Shown: positions 10,701-25,689 of the stretch, piece after piece
Layout of the letters: the number at the start of each line of letters is the position of its first letter
How positions within the stretch are numbered: the stretch's first letter is position 1
NCBI GenBank assembly: GCA_951406725.2
Contig: OX597817.1
Span: 115,196,001 to 115,260,000 of the forward strand
Origin: Octopus vulgaris
Taxonomy: Eukaryota
Length of the DNA stretch: 64,000 nucleotides
Direction: 5' to 3'
Translations under genes and position numbers: made by a program
Notes under the pieces: generated by a model
Seen by the model: the letters and a program-made list of their open reading frames with translations, nothing else
Database searches by the model: none
What the model was told of the DNA's origin: nothing

Positions 10701-13700
10701 ACTGGTTGTGAGTAGGAAATTTCTAATGAACATTGATATCTAGATGCTGAAAACATGATGATTGCCAGCGTCAATTATCTCTGAAAGTATAGATGGTGAA
10801 AGCGCAGTATAACACGTAGGACGAGCTCAAATCTATTTGCCTGTGTGATGTATACTAATATAATCTAAAACGATTTAATCTGAATTGTCATCTTCACAAA
10901 TGAATATTTCTTTCTGAAAGAACTTCCAAGCACTTTGTAATTTCAGTTCAAAAGATAGCGTGTATTCTTACACACATACTTACTAACCAACTGACTGACA
11001 TACATATCTAAATAAATACGTGCTGTTATAGATATATGCAATTATAACTATCTTCTGTAACCTGCTTTTGTTTTCTTTTACTCTATTACTGCTTTTAATA
11101 ACATGGACTGCAGATTCAGAAAATATATACATCGTACGTCTCTGATTTATACACACAATATAATATAAGATGCACGCGTATGTGTGTATGTATGTATGTA
11201 TGTATGTATGTATGTATGTGTGTGTATCTGTGCGTATGTGTACTTAATGCATTTTGAGCGAGTATGGTTAAGTGCTAATCTCTGTCAGTGTAAATTCATA
11301 TGCGTTTGTGTATGTGTATTTCTATCAACTTTTCGTGTCTATTCATATAAATGCTAAATACATATTTCATAAAATGCAATATATATCTATATGTGTGTGT
11401 GTGTGTGTTTGTCTGTGTGTGTAAGTATGTATATGTATACATAAATAATGCATAAATATATTTACACATGCGTACATATGTACATATATACCTATGCATA
11501 TATATGTGTGCATGTGTGTGTATGTAAATGTATGTATATGTGTATGTACGTATGGGTTTATTTGTACATACTTGTGTTTGGTGTGTGTGTGTACCTTTAT
11601 AGCACTTTCCTACAGATTTCCTCGAGGTCAATAAATATCAGCTGTCAACAGTTCATTAATGTTTGTAACTTCCATTCCTTGTTTCCGGTAAAATAGGGTC
11701 AGAGTGTGTAATTACTTAATGGATGCATTACCATAATTCATAATTCATCTACAGTTTACCATTATCAAACTTCAAAGCTTGATAGAAGTACATATCCAAA
11801 CTACAATATTGCTAATGATAAGTATTTTAAAAGATACCATTCTCATTGGAGTTTTCAGATTATTTGCTGAATTTTTCTTAGGCATAAATAGACGACAGCA
11901 AAAACCAATCAAAATAGCACTTCCTTCGTATTTCAAATCGAGGTCGAGTGGTCATTACCGTGTGCATATTGATGCTGATATTTTGGGTCCCATATCAAGC
12001 ATGATCCAAGAGATCCTATGATTAAATTTATTCTAGGTGTGATAATTTCATTCGTCGTTTTAGAGTTAGTTTATGCGACTTGTCTATGCAAATGTTTTAG
12101 AGACTAGAGTGTAGCTTGAAGGAGATATGGTTGCTCCCTCTATCGGTTGATAGAAGGATTGTCTGCGCATATGCCACGTAAATATTTCTTTTAAACAATA
12201 GTTGGTTGAGTGGGGTTCTTTGAGTCAAATAATTTCTTACAAGACGTTAGTTTAGTCGTCTGAAGTTACGCATGTTTATTTTCAGCAATGTTGTACTCAT
12301 ATTTCTGAATAACGATATGAGTTAGCATTGTATAGAGCAAAGGTTGTTTTCATATGACTGTTGATGGACAATAGCGTTGTTAGAAAGAAGTTGCCAACAG
12401 AGCAATCACTCGTTCACACTATATTTCTAAAGGAAAGAATGACAAATTAGTTTTGTAACTAGGTGCAACACAAACGACCAAAATTACCCTTTCTGAAGAA
12501 CAACAGTTTTTTTTTCGTTTTTCTTTTTTATGTTTACATAATTCACTGATATGGGCAACTAAGGTTGTAGTAGGAGACAATAACACAAGACCTTGTACCG
12601 TAGGGTTGGTACTAGGGACCACTAGGTTTAGAAGCAGACTTCTTAATCATACATCCATTACTGTGTGCATGCGAAGGATTAAATATAATTGAGGAGGAAA
12701 ATGTTGACATAGCTTTAATCCTTTTGCATATCAGATCAGGTCATCTCACATCATATCAGATTATATGAGTTTAAACTCCAAATATTTGCAACACTGATTC
12801 CAAGTACAATGCTACATGAACAATAAAAATAGGAAAAGCAATGTTTTAGACATTTATTCTATGTATCACAATAAATGTGAAGCGTAGCGTTTCAGTGGCT
12901 CTTGAGCGAGGGTTCCTTTTCTAGACTGCACTGTATGTTGTGTCCTTGGGCACTGAACTTCATTCCACGTTGCTAAAAATGAATATCAGGGACAGCGTGG
13001 GGATTAACCTTAAAGAGGGGTAGTCTTGAGTATCAAGTCGCGTCCACTTAATCGACTAATGAGCTCAAGACAGATCATAATTAACTTACATCTAAATAGT
13101 CTAAATGGAAAACCCACGGAGGTCTTGAATACCTTTCTTGTTGCATAACTCCAAGTAATCCTTGACAGAACACTTCGGTAATAAAATCCATTCCTATTGT
13201 TATTCTGTCGTATCAGTGGCATCCAGGATTATATCATTCTATTTATGTTTGATCCTTTGTTAAGACGAGAGTGTGTTGAGGAAGATGTAGCAGATAATTA
13301 TATCAGATTGGGAAACAAGAGAACGATTTCTACAGTGAATATTAGTAGACATAATGTGTAAAAGAAGAGTTTTACAATTATGAAAAAAATGGGTAGCATT
13401 CTTCCTTCACGTTATGGAAACAATGCAAATATTTTCACTAACTTTGTAAGATACCTGGCAACTGAATTTCTCTATATGACACTATCATACTACACTACAT
13501 TTGTTTCGCAATTTCGATCAAAGTATTTCGCATTTTATCAGGAATAGTGTGGCTGTTACAGCTATAAACCATTCTAGACAACGTTAAAAGCCCGCTACAA
13601 TTACCAATACGCGACCAAATACTAGCACACAGTGGTAATATATCATGTCTATCTCTTTTATAGAAATTATTATGGTTTCTGATTCTTTTGAAACTTTTAT

Positions 13701-14584
13701 GGGTATTCCTCTGAACATTAGCAAAATCAAACCCCAACATACCTACAGAATATCGATCAACAAAGGTCAAACCAACTCCACCAATGCAAATAGAACGATA
13801 ATTGAATATGATAGAGATCGAAAAGTAGAAAGGATCTAAAGACGGAGATTTTGAATATGACAATATTCTAAAGGTGGCAATAGTTAAAAAATTCAAATCA
13901 CTAGAAAATCTTCCCAAGGAGAAAACACGATGATAAAGAGCAACAATAGCATAAACTGAGCCATCATCCACACAAATATATATGCGGAGAACATATGTCA
14001 ATATCAATAAAAATAGGATACATAAAGTATCTGATACAGAAACTTCAGTTGTCGCATTGGGAAGTGATTACTACCTCAGGAGTTCTCTTATAAGAATCTA
14101 TAAATCCAAGAAAACGACGCAGGAAAGCAGTAAACAAAGAAAATAATAAATAGAAGGAAAGACAACTAAATTCTTAACAACATTGACAACGAAAGCACAA
14201 ACATAGACACTCACACACAGAACACACGCATAGATACACCTCTCACATAAACATATGCATAGCCATCATGTATATGTATATATGTATATATGTTATTGTT
14301 AAGTTTTCTTGCCAATAAAGGAAGAGTCGGTTTCTAACCTAAATCCAATTGTCCTTCATTGGCGTTTGAACATCAGCAGAGTATTTGACCATGAGTGTGT
14401 GTGTGTGTGCGTGTATGTGTGTGCGTGCGTGTGTTCGTGTGTGTGCATGCGTGTATGTGTGTGCGTGCGTGTGTTCGTGTGTGTGTGCGTTGTAATAAGA
14501 GTCAATGCATGAGCAGATTTGTTTGCTTTGTTTTATGTATGTATTGTTATGCATATAGTTGCATGTCTGGACATATACATATAC

Positions 14585-15077
14585 TTCTAGAAAGATTCAC
14601 CAATTTTTCCAGTTCTGTTGGTGACTTGAATCTGTAATCTCCTAATTAAATTTCTCCTTTCTGGTTCTGAGATGCTTAATTCCTTAAGATCGGCGCTTAA
14701 GCAGTTTGTTACATATCCCAGTGGCCATTACAAGTATAAACCAGAACTTCTAATCCGGATAGAGCAACTATGAATTTCTCAATAAGTTAGCGTAGGAATT
14801 TTCTTTCTCGCTGATCCTTAGCTTTATCTTGACATCTGCTGGGCAGCTGATTTTCACTACCGTATATAGTTTCTCTTATCTGTCCCAGATCAGTATGTCA
14901 GGACTGTTATGTCTACATTCTATTGAGGTTTTCACAGGAACATTCCACCAGTACTCCTTCTTATAAGTGGCTATGGCCTCTAGCATACTGTAGGCCTTTA
15001 TCTTTTTAGCCTCAGGATTATCCTTCGGGTGGATCTTATTATACAGTGTCTTGTCTACAACATCATGTCTCATCACT
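14585..15077 (-). mobile_element. RLE-type non-LTR retrotransposon 3' fragment (restriction-like endonuclease)
   Basis: RHDVV..EYWWNVPVKTSIECRHNSPDILIWDR, then after a frameshift EKLYTVVKISCPADVKIKLRISEKENSY. This is the RHD / PD-(D/E)xK signature. Confidence 0.8.
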
Positions 15078-15160
15078 AGATGTATGTATGTTTGTTTGTT
15101 TGTATGTATATATGTATGCATGCATGCGTGTATGTATATATATATATATGTACATACATT

Positions 15161-15196
<36 letters not shown>

Positions 15197-16189
15197 TTTA
15201 CGACAATTACGTCTTTATGGATAACAACAGATATGAAATTGAATTTAAGATGATGCAGTACTGAAAAAAAAAAACGGAACAATCTTTAAAAAAAAGAGCA
15301 ACTTATATTATTGAATTAAGTAAAGTTCCAGCACAAGCTAAAATGTAGAGGACTCATTTCTTAGAATTATAGTCTTGAATGAGGCACAAATTCAACGCCT
15401 TCCCTCTAAGTTCTATAATAAGCATGCCGATCCAACAAAGTTGGTGTTACGTGGTTAACTATAAATAACAGGTAAATCTCAATGAAATCATACCGTACCG
15501 TGTTAAGAAGGAGGATACATTTTTTAATGTAGGCGAAGTTATAAAAAGTCTATTGGATAGTTATGGTTGGATAACTTCGTGATCATAGTCTATTCAAATA
15601 GGAGCGATTTGAACCTAGACAACAACAACAATCAAAAAGCATCATATTGTGAAACGGAATTTGGAAAGTGATGTCATGGTGTTTGAGGACTGGGAATGAA
15701 CAATCAAGTACAATGTTTTTGGTTGTGCATCTTAACCTAAAGAAAACCCAGCATATAAAAATACACAAAATAATTAGAGGCATCGTACTCCAATTATAGA
15801 GCCAATATTATAGAATATTTATGTACGAAAACCTTACAAATACTTTGCACTAGAGCTCAAAAAGTATGAGTGAACGACCTAGAATATATAAACACTACTA
15901 TATATGGAAGATAATGTGTAAAGTAAATAAAGTACTAAGTTTACAGACATTTAGAGCAAGAAATACTTAAAATGACGTATCGTAGCATATCTGTAACAGA
16001 AATGAATATTACTATAAGGATAGAAATATGTAGAAATTAAAAATAGTCTGAATGTGGGGTTTGAAAACAAACACAGCCATTTATTAAATAAGACCGAAAA
16101 GGCGGTAAAGTCGTCTCGCTCTGGGTAACCCCACATCCCGGAATGCATACGTACCGTAGAGAAAATAATATCAGGATACATTACACAAA

Positions 16190-16800
16190 TATTACGGAGA
16201 ATGCTTTGAATTCAATATATAACAGAATGTAAGAAAAATAACAAATGTATGAAAGCAAACACTCCATTTGGTGGAGTGATGTTAATCCATGGACTTACAA
16301 AACAACTTAGACTGCTAACGAAATAACTTCTTACCCACAAACAACACCAGGCTAACAATACATACCTTTATTCCGAAATTCTACTGCGCGGTGTATGTAT
16401 ATATGGTACCCCTTTAAAGTTAAGTGGAGTAATCAAGGACATTGCGAACTTATTTCCTTGGATCAATTGCTTCGACGAAGGAAAATATACAATTTTGTCC
16501 CTTCAGCCGATAATCTGATAATCTTATTGACTTATCAGATACGACTGTCATATATTTCATCATACTTAAAGAAGTAGGCGTCAGTATGAAAATGTAGATA
16601 AGATTCTTATCTATAATTTGAGAAGTCAATTCAATATGGCGTCAAAAACCCAGTTATTGAAGTGTTGCATCAAGTGCAAATTCTTCTGCAAAATATATCT
16701 GCTACAATAGATTGGCACTCTTTGCAGGAACGAAATTTGCCTATTATCTACAAAACGCCGCAGGAAGTGTCCATAACGACCAGTTTAGTGGACTAAAGGG
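16190..16800 (+). mobile_element. Probable decayed Helitron PIF1-helicase fragment
   Basis: NTPFGGVMLIHG resembles the PFGG..GDFRQ helicase motif, and downstream pieces resemble later PIF1 motifs. Heavily disrupted. Confidence 0.35.
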
Positions 16801-18605
16801 ATCATATACGCGAAGTGATAAAATAAATAAATAAATAAAATTAATAGGTAGTTTGAAGTGGGATAAATTTATATTAACGTTTTATAGGAAATGTATCAAT
16901 CTCCTTCATTGTGAACACATAGTACGTTACTGAGGCTAAGGCTCCGGCGGGCTTTCTGGAAGTATTACTTGTTTGTACAGCAATTAATGAAAGTATCTCT
17001 GATTATAGGGAAAAACTTATTCCGTACCTAGATTTATAACTGACCCATATTGTCTGCATCTTACATTGTATGAATTAGCCACCTTTACGTCAAAAGAGCG
17101 ATAAATGACGAACACATAATATTGCAGACAGTCGGGTCACTCGTAAATTTTATTATACGATTGAAATAAATTTAGTTTACTAAAGAAGAACCTGCTCTGA
17201 CTGAGGATTATGGAAGGACATCCAGAAAATGTAACCGCCCATTCTCCACATATTCATCACGCCCAATTTTTTAATATATATTACTACGCACAATATAAAT
17301 ATGAACAATAAAATCACAAAAAAGCAACTAAAAAAACCAAACAAACTTTCACCCAAAAGCAAGACATAAAAACGATATGATCGTTACAATATGCTGTAAA
17401 ATATTTGTTACAAAATGACAGTCTTTTGTTTGATTCGTTGTAATCTCTTGATTAACATCAGTTTTATGTACGAACTTTCTTGGCCTAGGAAGGTTTAAGA
17501 GTTTTTTTACAATGAACGTTTCCAAACAATACCATTGAAATGATTCTACAGATTTTTTCATCTTTGTCAATTATTTTCAATTATTTAAAATCATAAATCA
17601 TAATCATTCGAAAAATTAACAATTATGTAACATTTCAGGAGAAAAACCACCAAATTAAAATGCTCCAACTTTGCAAACGATATTAAAAAATTCTTTAAGA
17701 TATTTTCATTAAATTTTTGTAAATTCTTATTCAGAACTGACAAGTCTAAAATAATCAGAGAATAATAATAAAAGCACTAAAGAGTTAATTTAAAGAAGTT
17801 TTAATCTTTTCTATTAAGACTTCTATCTTTTATCAAACATTGACAATGAAGCTTACAAGGCCAAGGGGAACAGTAGCTGTGATGATTGCCATTTAAAAAA
17901 TATAGCTCTTATTCTGTTGTGGAAAGTGTTTTGTTTAAAAAGTTTATATTTCATATTTATTTATTCATTTTTGCATTCGTTTATTTTTCGAAATTCGTAA
18001 TTTCTCTCTTCTCAAATGCCATTGTTCTGTGACAATTAGTTAATTTTTTTAATTTTTAATTTTGGAAAGTGAAAGACGAGACAAGATCTTCAATGAAATT
18101 TAACTCGTATTTCTTGAATTACACATGTCAAAAATCCTTTTGTTGTTGCTACTTTATGGCAAATTATTGAAGAATATTAAATAAATAAAACAAATTCTAA
18201 TACACTATATTCGAAAATAGATTAGCAACACCAACAAAATCTCTAAAAAAGGAATAAACTAAAACAATTTCGCCACCCATCACAGCATTTCTGACAAACA
18301 GAATAACAATGTGGAGAGGAGATCAGAGCGATAAAACAAATGAATAGCGATTTGCGATTGATTCACAAAAGAAGTAATTTATTTCACAACTGGTCTAATA
18401 TTTTGATCAAAATAATACCGACGGTTAATATAAATAAGTTAAATAAGATATGAAATATTCCACTAGTGTTACTTCCATAACTGTACCACCGGTTTTGAAA
18501 CAAAGTACAGTCGATTTTATCGACTATGTTACATGGGTGGTACCTATTTTGTCAAAATTAAGAAGAATTTTAATTAACGTTGGACTGAATATAAAATAAC
18601 ACGAA

Positions 18606-18810
18606 GGCAGAGAGCAGGCAGAATCGTTAGCGCACCGGGAAAAACATTTTTGGTGGCATTTCGTCCTCTGAGTTCAAATTCCACTGAGGTGGACTTTGCC
18701 GGTCATTTCTTCGGAGTCGATAAAATAAGTTATAGTTGTGTACTGGGTACGATTTAATCGACTTATCCACTCCTGCGAATCTGCTGGCCTTGTGCCAAAA
18801 TGTGAAACAA
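18606..18810 (+). mobile_element. SINE family A
   Basis: GGCAGAATCGTTAGCGCACCGGG..GAGTTCAAATTCC..GTCGATAAAATAAG..GGCCTTGTGCCAAAATGTGAAAC. Confidence 0.85.
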
Positions 18811-18844
18811 AATATAGTATAAAGTTTTCCAATTTTCTACTATC

Positions 18845-19020
18845 GACACAAGACCTGAAATCGGAGGGTGAAGGAAGTTAATAAGTGCTATTAATCCAAT
18901 TTTATTCGATCGACTTCCAAATTATGGAAAGTAAGCTGATCTTGATGAGATTTGAACGCACTTCAAGATTTGTAAAACAATTCAGTAAGGGTATTTTACC
19001 CGACGCTCTAACGATTCTGA
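18845..19020 (-). mobile_element. SINE family A, degenerate, inverted relative to 18606 copy
   Basis: Ends with the reverse complement of the family head (CCCGACGCTCTAACGATTCTG). A further partial copy follows at about 19030-19160. Confidence 0.6.
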
Positions 19021-19293
19021 AAATTTACCAGTCAGGCGTAGGGCAAACAATTTTTGAGGGAAGGGAGTTAGATGTCATCATCGACCCGAGTATTTGAATT
19101 ATACGTTATATTATCAACACCAGCAATATGACGAAGTCCTCGGCGGGATTTGAGCAAGCAACAACCATGAACAAATTTTAGTTAGATTTTATCAGCATAA
19201 TAGAGTACATTGAAGCCTGCCTGATTCATTGACAAAAAATTCAAGTGGAGGAATAAGGAACAATATATGGGATACCGAACGCAAACAGTTCAT

Positions 19294-20693
19294 CATCCAT
19301 CATCCTCGTCAGGTGTCGCACTATGCGATGTTGTGGTCATCATGATGTCTTACCACCTTCTCCTGTATTCTACCCCCATAGACAGCTGAGAATAAAGACA
19401 ATCCAACGGCTGCGATGTCTTTCAGCCAAGAAGTGGGTGTTCTGCCTCTTTTACGTTTGACATTCACCTTGCCAGTTATGATCGTTCGCTCAAGTCCATC
19501 CCGGCGCATGATGTGGCCAAAGAACCGTAGCTTCCGATTCATGATGTTTCACTGAAGCGTCATCTCACAACTGAGCTTTTCTAGTACCCAGTTGTTCGTC
19601 CTTCTTTCCGTCCACGATACTCTAAGGATTCTGCGGTAACACCACATTTCAAAAGCGCTCACTCTTTTCTCGTCTCCTTTCAACATTGTCCACGACTCGC
19701 ATCCGTACGTCGCGATAGAGAAAGCGGCAGCCCGAAGTAGCCTTATCTTCAGCAGCATTGATACGCCACGACTCTTCCAGATGTTCTCCATATCTTGTAC
19801 CGCTTGCCTCGTTATCGCAAGCCTTCTCCTTATCTCTGGTGTACTTGATCCACTGGTGCTGATTGTGGATACCAAGTACACAAAATCATCCACTTCCTGA
19901 ATCATCTATCCGTATACGGTGAAATCACCTTGGTCTGTCCTGTACTTATTCACCACCAAGATCTTTGTCTTTTTTACATTCAGAAATAGGTCACTTTGTG
20001 CACTCATGTCTTTCACTTTGCGTATCATCTGCAGCAATTCGTCCTTGCTGTTACTTATGAAGGTTGTGTCATCGGCGTATCTCAGATTGCACAGCCTTTC
20101 TCCGCCAATCTGCACACCACCATCGTAGTTCTCTTTCACCGCTCTTATGATGTTTTCTGCATAGATGTTGTACAGATATGGAGACAGAACACATCACTGT
20201 CGGACACCCCTCTCAATGCCGAACCACTCAGTGTCACCGACGGACGTCCTGACAGATGACTGTTGATCTTCTTATAGTCGCGCCAACAGTGCGACTAAGT
20301 GTTCAGGAAATCCCATGTCCTTCATAACGTCCCACAGCTTGCTGTGTCTCACACGGTCGAAGGCCTTAGAGTAGTCGATGAAACACACATAAAGTGGGAT
20401 GTTACATTCCTTAAACTTCTCGATCATCATCCTGATGTTGACTATCTGTTCCCTTGTTCCTCTGCTCTTGGCAAAGCCGGCTTGTTCCTCGGCGATGACA
20501 CTTCTATATTTCTGCTGCAGTCTACCTACGATGATTAGCAGCAGGATCTTGCTTGCGTGGACCATAAATCTGATGGTTCGGTGGTTAGAGCACTCGCGCG
20601 GGTTGCCTTTCATTGGTATTGGTACGAAGACTATACGACACCAGTCGATCGGCCACTCCATGTCGTTCAAGATCTTGACACACAGTTTCCACA
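19294..20693 (-). mobile_element. 5'-truncated RTE-clade LINE (RT domain, few stops/frameshifts) with target-site duplication
   Basis: ORFs contain ECSNHRTI, EEQAGF..RGTREQI, FIDYSKAFD, NLRYADD, YGCESWT, AFEMWCYRRILRVSW and FFGHIMRR. The tail is (GAT)-type. The TSD AAACAG(T/G)TCAT lies at 19283-19293 and 20694-20704. Confidence 0.93.
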
Positions 20694-23600
20694 AAACAGG
20701 TCATAAATAACTATTATTAATCAACGCACTTATACTGTTTAAAAAAAGCGATCTGTATCTACACAATGATGTACATCTTCAGTGGGGTAGATTAAAATAA
20801 GAGCATTATTGAGAATATAGGGTGTTAGACTGCCGGTTGAAATCAATTCGTTGCTCAGCAGTCTAATGATTCACATAAATTTCAGACTCATCAGTCATTT
20901 AGTAGTAATAGGCAGAAATATGTATGCAGTATAAATGTAAGTTATTGAATCTCTTCCACTAGCGTAGCTGATATAAATTAACACTTGTCACATTTAAAGC
21001 ACTACTACCGCATATATCTGCGGTTTGTCCCTACCCATTGGTACTGACACAGTACTACTTGGCCGTCATCTTTTGGATCCTAGTACGATTTGTCGATTCT
21101 GTCCTTTTTGAATTCTTTTTATTTGTTCATATCGGAAATAATTATAGAATTTACCTGTCGGCTGCAATTCAGATAACATGATCTCTTTGAAGACTACCTG
21201 ATTTACGTACAATAATATGTCCTTGACAAACTAAAAGAATAAAAGCCAAATCTCTCTCGAAACATAAACCCCTCCTTCAATAACGAAGGAAGCATTTAAC
21301 AATACATATATTTCCTGGATAACACTTGGAAATTTCGACCTCTCGACTGACCAGCAAGATTTAAGGTAGGGCTAAATAACAACAACAGAAACAAATATTC
21401 AGTTTTATCTAGATATGTGACACGATCCCTATATTCTACCAAGGATATTTTGGCTATTTTACCAAACACATTTCTTGTTTCAAACCCACTTAGTTTCGAG
21501 TTAGATGGAAGTCAATAGTTAAATTTTGTGATTCTCAGGCCCCATCAAAATTATAACATTGATAGAAGTTTCGTAATCTTTCGCTGTTGAGGTAATGAAT
21601 ATTGATTTCTAATATTGATATGAAGCCACATATTTTGGATATAGTCAAGTACTCAGAACTTGTCTGGCATTTTGCCTTATCAACCACAGAAAATGAAAGT
21701 CAAAGTCGACCTTGGTCGGATGTAAATGTGCGAAGTTAATATACATCAGTTACATTCTGCAAGCAGAAATTTTTACACGGACGTAGGTTCTCCATTTTGT
21801 GGTTTCAATTGTAATGTTTAGTATAGTCATAGCGTAAAATATATTGGTTCATTCATGCAACATCCCGATGCATTTATTTCTATTCCAAGCTTATCAATGC
21901 AGCAAGGATAGTAAAAATGTGTTTCTGTTTTATGATATTTTGGCTAGCTGGATTACTTCCGAATGTGTTCTTTATTTGTTTTTTTTCTGCTAATACCATG
22001 AGCAATGAGCTCTATATCTTCTAGATGCACATTGTACCTTCCGTTACATGGTGTCTTTTGGTAAATCTCAAGTTACTGTCAATTAAAATTAGAACATCAT
22101 ACCTCTACACTCCAAAACTACACTCTGAAAAGTATTCAGAATAATTATTAACTGAAGTAACATTACCTTCTTCTCTTGATTGCACTTAGACAAGGATAAA
22201 TGCTATAGAAATTGCCTTGACTTCAAGAAGCAAGGGCAAATGGAAGAACATTTTGGGATGTAACCTTATTTTGGTAAAATACCTATCACAAATAACCATT
22301 GAACTAGTTGAACTTTTAATGGAAACCGTAATGACTCAACGAAGTAAATATAATGGGGTCTTTTAGTTTAATGGAGTCTTAATGCTAGGTATTTTGTTGC
22401 GAATATCCCATCAATGTTGAACTGGTTTGTCCTATGGTTACAGGAAATGTGCCGGTGCCTTAAGACAGGTTACGATTTCACGGGGAGTTAAATGTTTTTT
22501 TTTTAAATAACATGACATATCTTATAAGTTGTTCCAAGCTGCCGAATCGTAACGCGTATCTTATATATCGACCTTTGTGACTCTTGCAATGGGGGAAAAA
22601 ACATAAAAAACAGAAGAAAATATTTTCCATGGAGATTGCAATCGATTTATCATTGGCAATTATAGATGGTATTTTTGAGAATTATCAAATAATACGGTTG
22701 AAATCATAAAAAGTCAAACTGGATGCTGTCCAAATAGGATTTCTGCGAAGTTGAAAAGAATAAATGGAATAGTGACAGGAAAATCATGATAGCTGCCATG
22801 AATAGATTAAAATTGTTATTGGATATATGTCCAATTTGTGTTTATGACTTTGTTATTTCGGAAGGCTGTGAACCTTATTAAAATTTAATTCCAAGATATA
22901 TGGTATGTCTTAAGGCATTTTGAAATGTGATGAGTTATTTTTAGTGTTTTAGTTGAAATGATATTGTTGCAATGATTGTTTTTAAGAATGATACAGTTCG
23001 CAAGATTCATTTTGATAGAGTTCATGGAGATAGTAAAAGCGTACAAAGTCATGTTTAAAGAAGAGAAAGTTAGCAAATGTATATAGAACCCACACATCTA
23101 CTCACGTGCATACGAATTCTTTCAAAAAGAAATTGGGTTTTTCGAAAGAAATATTCAAAACACTCCGCTAAATAAATAAGCTTTTCTTGTAGAAATATGA
23201 TCAGCCACACTTTCATGCAGGAGTTGTTGAACATGACCACTTAAAAGCTTCCCTATTGATCTGCTGTTTAGAATATAGAGGCAATGTGTAGTTACAATGC
23301 CAATGTATATTATAGAACATTTTCCCGCAAGTATTTCGGATTAGAGGCAGCGGGAGAACAAACTGAACCACTGATTTGCATTGGGAGATGATATACCATT
23401 TCTAAAGCATTGCACTCAACTCCATACGTCACAGTCTCATAAATAGACCATTACTTCTGAGATTTATGGGTAAACTGTATTTTGTGGCGCTTTGTCCGAA
23501 CATTAGCAATTTAAACTATTGTAGGCAATAAGTTAGAACCACATCAATACTAAGCAGTTTATTATACAAGCCACGACACAAATGAAATAATAAATGCCTT

Positions 23601-25514
23601 TATGTCATATACATAGGTGGTACACAGAATGCTGATATAAAGTCTATTTGTGTGTGCGAGATAGTTTCAAGGTTTATTTGAAGGATTTCCCATCAAATGG
23701 TACCGGTACCTACTGTTCTTAAACATATTCAAAAGCTTAGAAAGGTATGCGCTCTACAATGAGGTTCTCTGCGAAGATGGAATCTTGACTTACGACTCAG
23801 AAGAACAGGCAGCGTCATAAACATCACAAACTGCAATGTATGCTGTTTTATTATTTAATCGAATAAGACTCCAACAGAATTTGAAATCCGAAATAAATAT
23901 TCATAATGTATTTTTTATAAGTGTGACACACATACCTACACACACATCCTTTGAAAATATGCATAGCTATATCCATAAGCGTGTACATATACACATACAT
24001 ATATACATACAAAGATACATACACGTATACATATATACATACATACATAAATACATACAAAAATACATATATGTAAATAAATACATACATACGTAAATAA
24101 ATAGATACATACATAGATGTATATATACTCATAGATATTGTAGATTTACATCCAATAGTTTTCTTTGTACTTCTATATTTAAGACATGCAGATGAAACAA
24201 AAACCGGAGGAACAAAAGCTGACCTGTGTTGCATCAGTGCAGGTTATTCAAGCAAAGTTGTTTATAAGAGAGAATCTTCTATTATGAAATCTCCCTAAGT
24301 CCTACTTCCACTCGGTTCTATTTGGTGCTTTGCTATCTCGCACTTCCGTTTTGTGTCATGACAATGTTGAATAGCAATGGATCAAATACAACCTTTCAAC
24401 TTTCAATCGATATATACATATATATATATATATATATATGACTCATTACTCTCCTTCTCAAATGATAATACGAACTGACTTTATTGATATCAGCTAGAAT
24501 GCGATAATGATAGTTAAAACATATTTCACGTAAGGATTTCATAGATAAACGCACATCTTTTGAATACAGAAAATAGGAATATGTGTTGGATATTGTTAAG
24601 TTGAATACTTACCTCCTTTCTCCATATGCAATTTCATTGATGTAAGTGAAGTTATTCATTCTTTCCTGCCCTTAACACGAAGAAGCAAAACGCTATTTTC
24701 TAAATGTACACATTGTATCAGATATTCGCTGAGAGAAATACAGAAAAATGCAAGTAGATGATTTGAAAGTGTTTTCTTGCAAGTATGCAAATGAAATACT
24801 CTTTACTTGTAGTTAGCAATAACAACATTAATTGATACAATAGTTTATACACAAGACGAATAACGGATCATTATACATGCACATAAACACAGACACATAT
24901 AAACACACATACAAACCTACATACTCTTTCTTACAATGTAGAATAAAACAACTTACATATTCTACGCTAATGAATGTGTTGCAAAATATTAACTCCTAAA
25001 TAGCAACAAATGTAATGTATTCAAATTTGAAATCGTGTACCCACCACACAAATAGATGCTCACGCGCACGCACTCACGCACATTCATACACACAGACATA
25101 AATAGCCACATAGATAAGATTTTACGTCGCATCGGAGAAACTCAGTGTAGCTCAACGAGAAGTTACATTTGAAACTATTTTGCAAAAACTAATGCAGAGC
25201 TCGATAGTATCGTTTTTGTACCACATTATATCAAAGTTACTCTCAACAGTTACCTGTGATAATCTGACATTTTGACTGTATAATATTTCCGTGTAAGCCT
25301 ACGTATTACAACCATTGTCTTCAGAGATCTTGCCTTTAAACATTTTGTATGCTGCTTCTCTAGACGCGCATCAGCTGAAACTCCTTTCAAGATATTCGTG
25401 ATTATGTATCAATATATGAGCTTGCATGTATGCATTTGTGTGTATCAATTCTATAACCCGATTTATACTAACAATTCCAGTTGCAGCAGCACTTACCCGA
25501 GTAGTAATACCGGA

Positions 25515-25689
25515 ACAGCCAATCTATCTCATCTTCTTGGCCTCGATCCAATTTCTATTCCTTCTAAATTTACTTCTATAAAATAGCCAGGCCCGGAAGC
25601 GACATGCTATAGCTACATACATTTCAAGTGAGAAAGATCACTGGATTTGCTTTCTTGTTAGTTTCAATTGATACATACGGAGAGTAAGC
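25515..25689 (+). promoter_or_regulatory. Candidate Pol II core promoter and non-coding first exon
   Basis: CCAAT at 25519 and 25548, TATAAAA at 25577-25583, CCGGAAG just downstream, and donor-like GA|GTAAGC at 25684. Motif order only. Confidence 0.25.

Noticed and set aside
13495-14007. 170-aa minus-strand ORF; faint gag zinc-knuckle resemblance on the plus strand
   Set aside because: No convincing motif on either strand
24608-24700. Minus-strand donor GAG|GTAAGT with short frame MNNFTYINEIAYGER
   Set aside because: Weak acceptor, no partner exon, and expected by chance
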